From Vezdaea acicularis (taxonomy: Eukaryota), in the NCBI GenBank assembly GCA_026025075.1, contig JAPEUI010000122.1, positions 1-48,066 of the forward strand: a stretch of 48,066 nt of DNA. The letters are read 5' to 3'. The notes under the pieces are model-generated. The model saw only the letters and a list, made by a program, of their open reading frames with translations. It ran no database searches and was not told where the DNA came from. Below, piece after piece: positions 1 through 9,819 of the stretch. Both the position numbers and the translations under genes were made by a program. Positions within the stretch are counted from its first letter, which is position 1. The number at the start of each line of letters is the position of its first letter.

Positions 1-87
1 CTCAATGAACCCATTTTCGCCGGATGGTCAGTCAGTCCGTTCTTCCATCTGTCATGCTCACAGTTCATCGAATGTACGTAAGCTCAC

Positions 88-567
88 TTGCCCCCTTTCT
101 GGCGCAGGGCTTTCAACGCCATGTTCCACGGTACGATCAATAGTCGCGACCCACCAGTGAGAGGAGTCGTGTCCACACATGTAAGCCTTACGGTCATCCT
201 GCGCTACGAAGGCGTGCGCCTCCCGCAGCAGCTTTTCCCCCAGCAGCAGATACAACAACAGCAGATCCCGCGGCAGCAGATACAACAGCCGCAGACACAG
301 CAGCCGCAGCTACAGCAGCCGCAGATACAGCAACCGCAGATACAACAGCAGCAGATCCCACAGACGCAGATGATCCGCCTCCCCCCACCGCACACATTGC
401 AGAGGGAAGCAGGAGGAGATAATCCTTCGCGAATGCATAGCATTCGAGCACTGACCCGATCAGAGACTGGGCCTGCGAGGAACGAGGAGAAGAGCGGCAT
501 AGCGGCGCATGCCCTGGGCTTGTTGAGGCAGGGGTCGCGGGGATACCCAGAGTGTGGAGAGTATTGA
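88..567 (+). CDS. Gln/Pro-rich low-complexity hypothetical protein (probably partial; 5' part may lie outside window)
   Basis: Open frame carrying 9 copies of a 15-nt unit encoding xQxQI-like pentapeptides. The ORF begins at TTG, and intron-like signals lie upstream (GTCAGT 27/31, GCTCAC 82, CAG 105-107), so the start is unresolved. Confidence 0.4.
   Translation: MPPFWRRAFNAMFHGTINSRDPPVRGVVSTHVSLTVILRYEGVRLPQQLFPQQQIQQQQIPRQQIQQPQTQQPQLQQPQIQQPQIQQQQIPQTQMIRLPPPHTLQREAGGDNPSRMHSIRALTRSETGPARNEEKSGIAAHALGLLRQGSRGYPECGEY
238..372 (+). repeat. 15-bp tandem repeat x9 (consensus CAGCAGCCGCAGATA)
   Basis: Read directly: CCCCAGCAGCAGATA / CAACAACAGCAGATC / CCGCGGCAGCAGATA / CAACAGCCGCAGACA / CAGCAGCCGCAGCTA / CAGCAGCCGCAGATA / CAGCAACCGCAGATA / CAACAGCAGCAGATC / CCACAGACGCAGATG. 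Confidence 0.9.
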
Positions 568-1439
568 AGAAGAGGGTGTGAGTGTTGGGATATCATGCGT
601 AACTTTCTTTCAAAAGACGTAGCTGGCTTGGGTACGCTGCTCTCCTTTTTTGGTCTCGTGGCCGCTACATTCAAATGAAAATGGTCCTGTCGGTTCGCTT
701 TTAAACGATATTAGGGGATGGGAGACTTGGAGATTAGGCGGAGCCAATAAAGTAGCTGCAAGAGAAACGTCGATAAACCAATACGAACAGTCTTTCACGG
801 ATATAAAGGATTTCCCTGGGACATTCACCAGAAGGAAAGCTCGCTGTGAAGAGTCCACTTTTATGCAAGCACTCCATGAACTCGAAGGTACCTTTTGAGG
901 GCAACCTTTAAGCGCCCGAGTTGAAGAGAATTTGCCATAGTCGTCGTTCTGCTCAAGAAATAGGGGCGCTTGGTCTTGCAACAGCGGCGGTGTCATCATG
1001 ATTAGATTGTCACCACCTAAGACTTGGATTCGTGGTGAGGATGAACAAGGTAGACCGCTTAGCTTTGGTCTCTTTAACCCGATCCGCGTAGGGAGTTGGA
1101 CCTCCTAAGGTCCTAAAGGATGTGCAATCTTGATTATGAAAAGATCAAGGGATGCGGCCGTAGGAGGGGTCAGGTTTCCTCGATAGGAACGGAAAAATAG
1201 AGCACCTTATGCTCTTCAAGTCTATAGCTAAAGAAGAGAAGAAAGTAGCGAGAGAACGTTCGCTATATATGAAAAGAGACGACCGGTAAGCGCTGGCCTA
1301 GAGAATTAGAGAGCTCCTGATAGATCCCGGGACGGCCATGCAAAAAAGGAGAAATAAAGGAGATTGGCCGTTATTTGCTTCACCCACTGGCCAAATAAAG
1401 CAAAGAAAGCGGTAGCACGGAAGCTGGTCAAGAGTCGCC

Positions 1440-3000
1440 TCAGGCATCAACAATACCCCTGACGTGTTCTAGATCGTCCCAATCGGCTTCCCAGATATTC
1501 AGTATCGTAAGCCTCCACCCCTCTTTCATCTGGTATGCGGCTTGCTCCCATTTCAACCTCCCCACAACGCGTGCCATCTTGCCTTTCCCCGCCTCGCCAA
1601 GGAACTGGGCGCTATCGCGCTCCCAGAGACTCCCTCTCTCGTGACAAGATTTGTAGACACCATCTAGATACGGTCGATGGTCGTGGTACAAGTCTCCAAA
1701 TTGGAAATGTTGGGCCCATTCATTAGCGGAACGAGAGGAAGTCCTAACGCGGGCGTATAGCTCTAAGATGGCATCCTTGCCCGCTCGAGCTCCGGCCGAT
1801 CCCTCGCGAATGGCTTCGCCTATGCGGAAACATACGCGGAGGTAGCGCCGATTTGTGAGAGACTTGATGAATGGCGGATTCTCAACTAAAGCTGGAAATG
1901 CTGGGCGGATGAACGGCCGGCATGGAACCGCCTCGGAGCAAAAAGTCAAGTTAGCCGCTATATCCTGTACGGCAAAGTCTTCGTTGTCTATACGCTGGTG
2001 CCAGTCTTCCTCTTCTTCCGTTAAGGTTAACCATTTATCCTGAGTGGTGACTATTTGAGATGCAAAATGGAGGGCATTGTTCTCGCGGACTGTCCGTTCT
2101 TGCTCGTCGAGCTCGTCGATGAAGGCGTCGTCGTCTAGATCGCCATGAAACTCGCTGCTAATTGTATCCACACGAACGAGGTTGCGACAGCAAGTTGCTA
2201 TGAGGAGATTTGAAGGGGCGACCTTCGAGACCTCTAGGTTAATGTCAACGGTTTCCAATGGCCCCCGCTCACTCTCCAAGAATCCTGATCTGTGTCTAAA
2301 TGCTTCGATCTTGCTCAGAGTTTTGGCAGACAGCTCGATCGGCAGGGATGCAGTCTGCTTAATTGGTTCGAGAGACGATTCTGTGGGGGACTTGAGTTCT
2401 ATTGAATCTTGGTCTGGGTCGCAGCTATTGGGCAGAGTGTCCACCCCAGATTTGGTTCTCAACAGGCCTGCTCCGATATCTTTCTCCCCGGCCTTTCCTT
2501 TCTTCCTTTTGACGTCTGATTTGACGGCTGTGGCTCGCTTTCTAGAAACCCTGGGAGCAACACCAACTGCAGATCCTAACCCTGAGCCTGACTCGGAGTT
2601 TTCTCCTTCAACCGAACCTAATATAAGCTGACAACTTTGCAGCACCTTCTCCCGCCCGCATTTCCTCGCAGAGTGTGTCGGCCTTTGGCGAGGTTTTCGT
2701 GCGCAGATTGGCTTCAGAACATCGACATGGCTTGCTGGTTGCGATGGCTGGGGAGTTATCGAGGTCATTCCGGGCCCAATTGGCGTAGAATTGATTGGAG
2801 TGAAAGTACTTGTAGTGACGTCATTGTGTTTAGTCTGCTCATCGTTGCTACTCCATGTGTGGTGGTGAGTATGGGGGAAACCATAATATTTCGAGACAAA
2901 CATACAGCTTGTCTACACTGGGAGCGTTTGCTTGATTTCCAGCCACAGCTCTTCCCGAAGCTCTCGCCTCCTCGAGATCCCAACCTACATACCTTGACAT
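1440..3000 (-). CDS. Hypothetical protein: disordered N-terminus, C-terminal ~150 aa folded (OB-fold-like) domain
   Basis: 487-codon ORF 1440-2903. Its ATG sits inside an apparent intron (GTATGT at 2905, ACTCAC branch, TAG ending 2848). Splicing gives exons 3000-2906 and 2847-1440, in frame from ATG 3000. The C-terminus RPFIRPAFP..LRVCFRIGEA..ELYARV..QHFQFGDLYHD looks like a conserved domain. Confidence 0.75.
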
Positions 3001-3717
3001 GCTTCTGTCTCTATCAGAGAGCTATCACAATGATTGATGAGGTTCTCGTAATGTTACATATCATGAATAGACCTCAAGGTTATACTTGGGTAGACCAACT
3101 GCCGTTAGTGGGGGTCTCAGGTCAAGAACCTTGTCAACCGATGACGCGGGGCTCCATTGGCGTACTCCGCGTTTGGCGCAATCGTGTCCAGGAGCCATCC
3201 CTTTACGGTACCTCGGATTTGCACCCCTACAATAAGATCCCATGTAAGATTCAGAAGGCCATTTCTAGAGATCTACAACTTCGAATAATCTGAAGAGGCG
3301 CCTGCTTGTCATACGAGTTGCATTTGAGCCCGGACTTATACCGAGGTATTCAGGTCAGAGCTACCTACTACTTTGCTCGTTGCGACCATATTGCTTGAAG
3401 GTCTTCCTACAGGCTCACGCAGCGCTCTTGTAGTAGAGCAGCGATCTGGCTGATAATCCGCAGGAGTCGTTTGAGACTATTGCTCGTGATAGACCCTGAG
3501 CAAAGCATTACTGGAGACCAGACTATTGGCACTTGATACACGAAACAAGACCTAATCACATGTATATTTTGCTTCTCAGGTTGGATGATATAGAGATGAC
3601 CTAGGCTCAAAGGCCGCTGGGATTACCACGAGTTTATTGTGAGAACTGTCAATTACAACTCTCAACGACTGGCTTGGGTCCTTGTCCTACAACTGTAACC
3701 AACGGGAAGAAGTCACA

Positions 3718-5296
3718 ATGTTTAGTGGAACGGTAAGTTCAAACCATTCATTACTCCCGTGAGGCCTTACAGGACAACATGTATGGAGTCATTGTCAAAC
3801 ACAGAGGCTATCGAACGCTTGCCTTCGATCCCGCTTTGTTCTTGTTTGATGTATTCACCCAGGACGCTACGCTCGTCCGCATACCTAATACTTCTGTGTA
3901 CAAATATGATACTCACTTTTTATCTTTTCATCTGGATACCTCTACTTCTTGCTAGAATGAAGGATGAACTAAGTCTTTCGTGGTTGAAACAGAAAAAGCC
4001 TTATACTGCCATCACCGTTCAAGTTGAGCGGCTTACGAGCGAACAGTATGAGGCTGATGACTTCGGCGGCATCGTAGATCTGATCGAGGTCCTTCGGCTT
4101 CAAAGTAGTGGACCTACTGAAGCTGCAAGAGCTCTCCGGAAGAAGCTGTAAGTACATGACCGGTTCCTATATGTAGATCATCACTAATATCTCGAAGGAA
4201 ATATGGTAGCGTTCACCGGCAACTCAGGGCATTGACCATCCTGGACTGCCTCATCCAGAACGCTGGTCCACATTTTCAGCGAACCTTTGCAGATGAGCCA
4301 CTCCTCGAACGACTAAGGATCGCGGCGACAGATCCAGTTTCTGATAAGGAGGTCAAGGACAAATGTGCTATACTCTTTGCACAATGGCACCATTCCTATA
4401 AGGCGACCCCAGGATTAGAAAGGATTGCTTCTCTGTACCAACAACTACCTAAACGCAAGAAACCTCGATCCCAATCACAATCGAAGGTGCTTCGGGAGAC
4501 GGAAGCCGATCCTTTCGAGGACGGAGATGATGCTAGTTCCACGACGTCAGCGCCTACAAGAGATGGGACCTCTAAATCATCTGACCCTAAGCCTTCTGCA
4601 ACTGCAACGTCGCTCAGACCGGCGGCCTTGTCGCCAGCGCCTAATCTTGTGTCAAAGGCGAAGAGAGACAAAAAGGATGGTCGTCGAAAAGCATTCAATC
4701 TAGATAAGGAGAAGCCGCAGATGCTACAAACTATTGCTTCCTCCTCGGTCGCAAGTACGAATCTACTAAACGCCTTGAAACTAATCAACAGGGAGCATCA
4801 AAGGGTGAGTGAAGATAATGAAGCTGTAAAGCGGTTTGAGACGTGCAAGCTGCTTCGTCGGCAAGTTCTGCGCTACATACAGAACGTCGAGAGCGAACAG
4901 TGGCTTGGAAGTTTGCTTCACGCCAACGATGAACTCGTTACTGCCCTAATGGCTTTCGAAGTTTTGGACAAGAGTGTGGATGATGATAGCGATAGTGAAG
5001 GGGAAGGCTTTACCAACGATGACTCAGGATCAAAATCACCCAACCGCAATGACGCTGCAGGTGCTTTTGTTGGCTTACAAATCGGAGAACGAAGGCCACC
5101 AGAAGTAAGACGATCATCGAAGCCTAGTATATCCGGTCCAATCGTCCCACCTACGACCTTCGGAAATAGAAAGCGGGAACCGCTTGACGAAAGCGACGAA
5201 GAAGATGATTTGGAGGAAGAAGATGAGAATGACCCATTTGCAGACCGAAATGCAGTCAATACTCCCAAAGTCGAACCTAAGAACTTGAAGTGGTAG
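3718..5296 (+). CDS. LSB5: VHS/GAT-domain endocytic adaptor Lsb5
   Basis: Exons 3718-3732, 3993-4147, 4198-5296. MFSGT-KKPYTAITVQVERLTSEQYE..GPTEAARALRKKLKYGSVHRQLRALTILDCL (VHS); LRRQVLRYIQNVESEQWLGSLLHANDELVTAL (GAT); acidic DPF tail. A possible terminal intron 5293-5342 would move the stop to 5352. Confidence 0.92.
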
Positions 5297-5931
5297 GAGC
5301 CCCCTAGCTTGTCAATGAAGTCTCATAATAACATTGAAACAGGGGTAGATAAGGACAGGCTTGAAATGAGGCGTAGTACATGATTTCTGCAGTTGTCGCT
5401 TCAAATTAGATATACAGCGCTATAATGCTCCGTCGAGTCTGTTTATAATAGAAGTAGGGCGGTAGTTGTAAGTTTATCTGATCCTTACAGCTTCATCTTA
5501 CTTTTGAATAATAATGACGATGGTGAGCCTGTCAACGGACCTTCCCGACTGACTGATATCTGCGTCGGTCTCCAACTCTGTTTACGTCTGCTCTTGCCAT
5601 ACCATAGTTAGCTTTGTCTTTGTACTTTGACTAACATTACATTAATAACTTCGTTATCTGAGTGATAACTCATTGTATAGACGATGCCTCAAATTTTTGC
5701 GGCTGATCATCATCTAAACAGTTGCTTACTATATGGGCGACGATTCATTGCGTGAGGGCCCTCTCATATATGCTTAGCCTCTCGTTACACGGCTAACCAC
5801 TCACTACACAACTTCGCTCTCATTATTTGGGCGACCACCTATCGTACCTACTTCATCAAATGACATCGCCCTATTACCTGGAAACTCCTCAGGTATGGCC
5901 AATCACTCTTGGATTCTCCTTTCTCGCTTGA

Positions 5932-6120
5932 TCAATGCAAGTCCTGCGCCTCACTTTCGTACTCTTTGTTCCACTCAGATCTCTTGATTAGTAGGATTGT
6001 TGGCCTCTCTCCAGGCCTTGAACATCTGCAACGTGGCTCTACTATTGTCCGTGGATAGAATGTCATCAATAGGCAGGCCAATGCGAAAATGAGGACAGGT
6101 GGTGGAAGATGAGGCGACAT
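5932..6120 (-). CDS. Putative small protein (62 aa) with N-terminal hydrophobic segment
   Basis: ATG in good context (AACCATG) and hydrophobic VLIFALACLLMTF. No recognisable homology. Confidence 0.3.
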   Translation of the reverse strand: MSPHLPPPVLIFALACLLMTFYPRTIVEPRCRCSRPGERPTILLIKRSEWNKEYESEAQDLH

Positions 6121-6742
6121 GGTTTACGCAAGGAAAGACGAAAAGGCGAGTAAGAGAAAGATTTGTCTCTATGGAGAGGGTCTGACTGCAGAGCCTACAT
6201 GTATAAGTACGAAGGCTCATTGTTAAATGACCAGATTACCTTTGGCCATGTTCTCATTGTACATTTGGTCCATACATCACATGGACGACGTTTTATTCCT
6301 TCAGTCACCTATATAATACTTCACCCCATTTGAGCCTTTCAACAACGGACGATTCATGCTTGTCTTTGTAGGACCTCGAGAAAGTCTCGTGCTTTCTGGC
6401 GAACAAGAGGGTCAAGGACGAGACAGCTCAGAAAGAACGGGGTTACGTGTGTCTTGGGAAAGTGATTAGAGCAATAGCTTCAACGGTGAGTATTATAGCG
6501 TGAGGAGATACGGAGGTTGCCATTTCGTATGCTTTTGAGCAACTCATGGTTTATGAGTTGAGTAGCGGGCTGTAAATCTACTATAGGCGAGCATTATATT
6601 CCACCATAGTCAATAACTGACATTCTCTAGAACGTCTTATCTCTCAAGAACTGAGTGTATTGGATTTGAGAATACTTGAGGGGAAAACAACAGTCACACC
6701 TCTTACTTGCATCCCTTCTCACTTTGCCCCCCCACCTTGTGT

Positions 6743-7093
6743 TCAGGTTGATCTCTCTCGCCCTGACAATCCTTCCTCAGCTTGATCTCGAGTGGCAGGA
6801 GCCCCCTTTTTCTTCCATCCAAACCGCGTCTCTTCTAGCTTCCTCTTCGCCTCAAAGTTCTTCTTCCCTTGCGCACGCCGCTCTTGCAGATTTATGATTT
6901 GCTTCTGGACCCCGCGACTTATTCTATATGGCTCATCCGGCTCTTCCGGCACCTTACCAAAGCTCGGGTGCTTTCGCCCATCTTCGGGAGGTTCTTCAAC
7001 TTGGAGTCTGTGTCGGGGTATCTCGACTATCGCGTCGTCGTCATCGTGGTCGGCTTTGGGTCGCAAATGGTCGTACAAACCGTGAATGCACAT
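6743..7093 (-). CDS. Small charged hypothetical protein (116 aa, starts MCIHG)
   Basis: ATG at 7093 in strong context (CCACCAAAATG). Hydrophilic open frame with a basic, helical-looking C-terminal half. Confidence 0.55.
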   Translation of the reverse strand: MCIHGLYDHLRPKADHDDDDAIVEIPRHRLQVEEPPEDGRKHPSFGKVPEEPDEPYRISRGVQKQIINLQERRAQGKKNFEAKRKLEETRFGWKKKGAPATRDQAEEGLSGRERST

Positions 7094-7352
7094 TTTGGTG
7101 GAAGTGGCCTTGGAAAAGAGTTGGTGCGAATGGTGTTGGAATAGATAAATCAGATTGGAAAATGTTGCAAGGTAAGTGTTTGGCATTGGAAGTGAATATT
7201 GATCACCGGCAGTGCCTGCTTATATTCACTCATTAAAGCTAGCATTGTGCGAAAGTCATGTGTAGCAGATAGCTCAAACCAACACGCACCTAAGCCAAAC
7301 CAAAACCTGTACCCCTCTTTTAAGGGATGCTCATATCGTACAGTCCTTATAC

Positions 7353-7694
7353 TTAACTGCCTCCTCCTCCCCCTCCTCCTCCTCCTCCACCGCCATCTCC
7401 GCCGCCACCACCGCCTCCTCCTCCACCACCACCGTCGCCACCAGAGAACCATCCACCTCCTCCGCCGCCATCACCACCGTATGCTTCACCACCATAATCA
7501 CCGCCATGATGTCCACCATGATGTCCGCTGTGATGTCCACTGTGATGTCCGCCGTGATGTCCTACATTGCCAGAAGCTCCATTCCCGTAAGAAGCCCGGT
7601 ATGCCGCATCACCAGCGTAAGCTCCTCCTTTATGCGGCCGTTGTTTTGGCTTGGCAAAGCCCACACTGGGTTTGGTTTTGTTGCCAAAACACAT
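7353..7694 (-). CDS. Small Gly/His-rich protein (113 aa, starts MCFG)
   Basis: ATG at 7694 (ATCATAATG), basic N-terminus, GHHG/GHHS x5, poly-Gly tail, TAA at 7355-7353. Confidence 0.65.
   Translation of the reverse strand: MCFGNKTKPSVGFAKPKQRPHKGGAYAGDAAYRASYGNGASGNVGHHGGHHSGHHSGHHGGHHGGDYGGEAYGGDGGGGGGWFSGGDGGGGGGGGGGGGDGGGGGGGGGGGGS
7508..7562. repeat. 12-bp tandem repeat x~4.5 (GATGTCCRCYRT), adjoining a CCN trinucleotide tract at ~7359-7470
   Basis: Read directly. Encodes the GHH(G/S) units and poly-Gly on the minus strand. Confidence 0.85.
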
Positions 7695-8590
7695 TATGAT
7701 ACGATGGAGAAAGGCAAGCTTAGAATGCCCTGATTCTGGTGCCAAAGCTCATGCAGTAGTAGGTGTTGTTGATCAGGCCGTCGAGTGGATAGCCTTCCCA
7801 AAGGTAGACTTGTGTGAAGGATTTGAGTGTAGAATTTGATGCAGGGAGATAATGAATTGATTTACGTTTTAGAGTGACAGAAAGGTCCTTCCGCAAAAGG
7901 TTTGAATATAGCTGGTCAGTCTTCAATGAAAGCTTGAAGCCTGGAGCGATGAAGATGTAAATGACCTGTAAGAATAGGAATGGACCACCAGTCATATACT
8001 TACCGTACACGTGCAAAGTCAGCATTGCAAGCATTACTTCTACCGCATAAGTGTGCATGAACTTGTTGATCGGCTTTGCACCACGCGTCCCACTGGTAAG
8101 ACCGAGATATGCTTACGTCAAGGTTTGCCTCGACTAAGAGAAGAGTCATGGCCAGGGCTAATGTCCGTGAGGCTCATTGGCTAGCACAGACTTTGAGCCA
8201 AGTGATACGGAATATTGCTGACACGCCTACCGGCTTTCAAAGGAAAGGTTGGTTGCTGGCAGTGCCTGGGACCGTTCGTCCTTGCAGGCATTGCTTGTGA
8301 GGTTACATTGTGATCGCTGATATCCCAAATTGATCTTGGCATTTGAAGGCGCAGTTTTCAGCTTTTGGCCTTCAGGCGTAAAGTAACAAGTGATCTGCAG
8401 TAGGTGAGAGAAGAAGTCGTCTCGATATACGAATTAGCCTCATGCTAGCATCCCTTCACAGCCATGGTCAACGAACGACTGTTCGTTTGCGTATAAGTCA
8501 GATGACGTCGATTTCAAGGTTGTAGACTCAACCCCACCAAAAATAAAAATTGTTGCGCAGCCACAAGTAGCCGCGTACAAAGTACGTACT

Positions 8591-9718
8591 ATGGCGCCAA
8601 TCCCTATTACGATTATCACGGGATTCCTTGGCTCTGGCAAGACAACACTGATCCTGAACCTCATCACGCAGCTCCCCCCAAACTACAGGCTCGCCCTCCT
8701 CAAGAATGAGTTCGGGGACCTCGCCATCGACTCGCAGCTAGCGTCCTCGCGCGCCATCTCTGGTGTGCAGGAGCTTCTCAATGGCTGTATCTGCTGCAAC
8801 TTAGTGGGGCAGCTGGGCGAAGCTCTGGATGCCCTGCGGGAGGACGTCAAGCCGGACCGTATAGTCATAGAGACAAGTGGGAGTGCCTTTCCGGCGACGT
8901 TGGCTATGGAGGTGAATAGATTGGGTGAGGGAGGGAAGTATGTTCTGGACGGAGTAATTGTGGTAATTGATGTGGAGAATTGGAAGGGTTACGAGGATAC
9001 TTCGTATACAGCGAAGCTGCAGGCCAAGTTCACGGACATGATCGTATTTAATAAGTGGGAGACGGTGGATGAAAGAAAATTCGACGACTGTTTGGACAGA
9101 CTAGGAGACTTAGAGGTTGATATACCCTGGGTCAAGTCAAACAAGGGTTTTGTAGGACAAGAAGTTATACTAGGCATTGATGGCGGGCTGTCCAAAGGGC
9201 TGAGCTTGGGCAAGCTGGAAGCGTCAAATGGGCACGACCATGGGCATGAGCATGAGGGCCACGGCCATGCTGATCATCAAAGTGAGGTCGAAGTCCTTTC
9301 TGTATCTATGAAGTCCTCGTCTGGGTCTCTCGACATGGCGAAGCTGAGATTTTTTCTGAAATCTGCCCCTAAAGACGAGATGTATAGAATCAAGGCTATT
9401 CTCACCACACTAGAAGATCCTGACTCCTCAAAGGGAAGCGTTCACAAGGCGGGTGATGCTCAGCCACATATGGGGGGGCAGTACATCATCAATTGGGCAT
9501 TTGGCCGGTGGACCTCTACGAAGATAACGCCCAATATCGATGATCTTCAGTCTTTTGATTTGAAACACCTAGGGAATGACGACCACTACCTGTTAAGGAT
9601 GACTATTATCCTTGCAAGGTACGAAGCAAACAAGTGGAAGAAAAGAATCGAGGAAGGCCTTCTATCGGTTGTGCCTGATAATGCCGAGCATAGCTTAAAA
9701 GTTGAACGAGTGCTCTAA
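8591..9718 (+). CDS. CobW/COG0523 family G3E P-loop GTPase, putative zinc metallochaperone
   Basis: Intronless 375 aa: Walker A GFLGSGKTT, NEFG, metal-binding GCICC (CxCC), Walker B ETSG, G4-like NKWE, His-rich linker HDHGHEHEGHGHADH. Confidence 0.95.
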   Translation: MAPIPITIITGFLGSGKTTLILNLITQLPPNYRLALLKNEFGDLAIDSQLASSRAISGVQELLNGCICCNLVGQLGEALDALREDVKPDRIVIETSGSAFPATLAMEVNRLGEGGKYVLDGVIVVIDVENWKGYEDTSYTAKLQAKFTDMIVFNKWETVDERKFDDCLDRLGDLEVDIPWVKSNKGFVGQEVILGIDGGLSKGLSLGKLEASNGHDHGHEHEGHGHADHQSEVEVLSVSMKSSSGSLDMAKLRFFLKSAPKDEMYRIKAILTTLEDPDSSKGSVHKAGDAQPHMGGQYIINWAFGRWTSTKITPNIDDLQSFDLKHLGNDDHYLLRMTIILARYEANKWKKRIEEGLLSVVPDNAEHSLKVERVL

Positions 9719-9819
9719 ACAACGTCAAGAAATACACCGTGAACTGATTCAGGGGAAACACGGGGATGCATTTGGCCTAAGCTATGCTTCGCTCCGTGAT
9801 AGCTCTAAGGCTTACAGAA

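Noticed and set aside
204..674. Cys-rich (CCICG) metallothionein-like ORF on the minus strand
   Set aside because: It is the antisense reading of the CAG-based 15-bp repeat. Variation fits the Gln frame, and there is no independent support.
5510..5710. Possible box C/D snoRNAs (ATGACGA..CTGA, GTGATAA..CTGA)
   Set aside because: The boxes are imperfect, the spacing is short, and I could not identify a terminal stem or rRNA guide.
7150..7699. Poly-Arg/Trp and poly-His/Leu ORFs (7150-7452 minus, 7199-7699 plus)
   Set aside because: They are alternative frames of the CCN repeat that encodes the Gly-rich protein.
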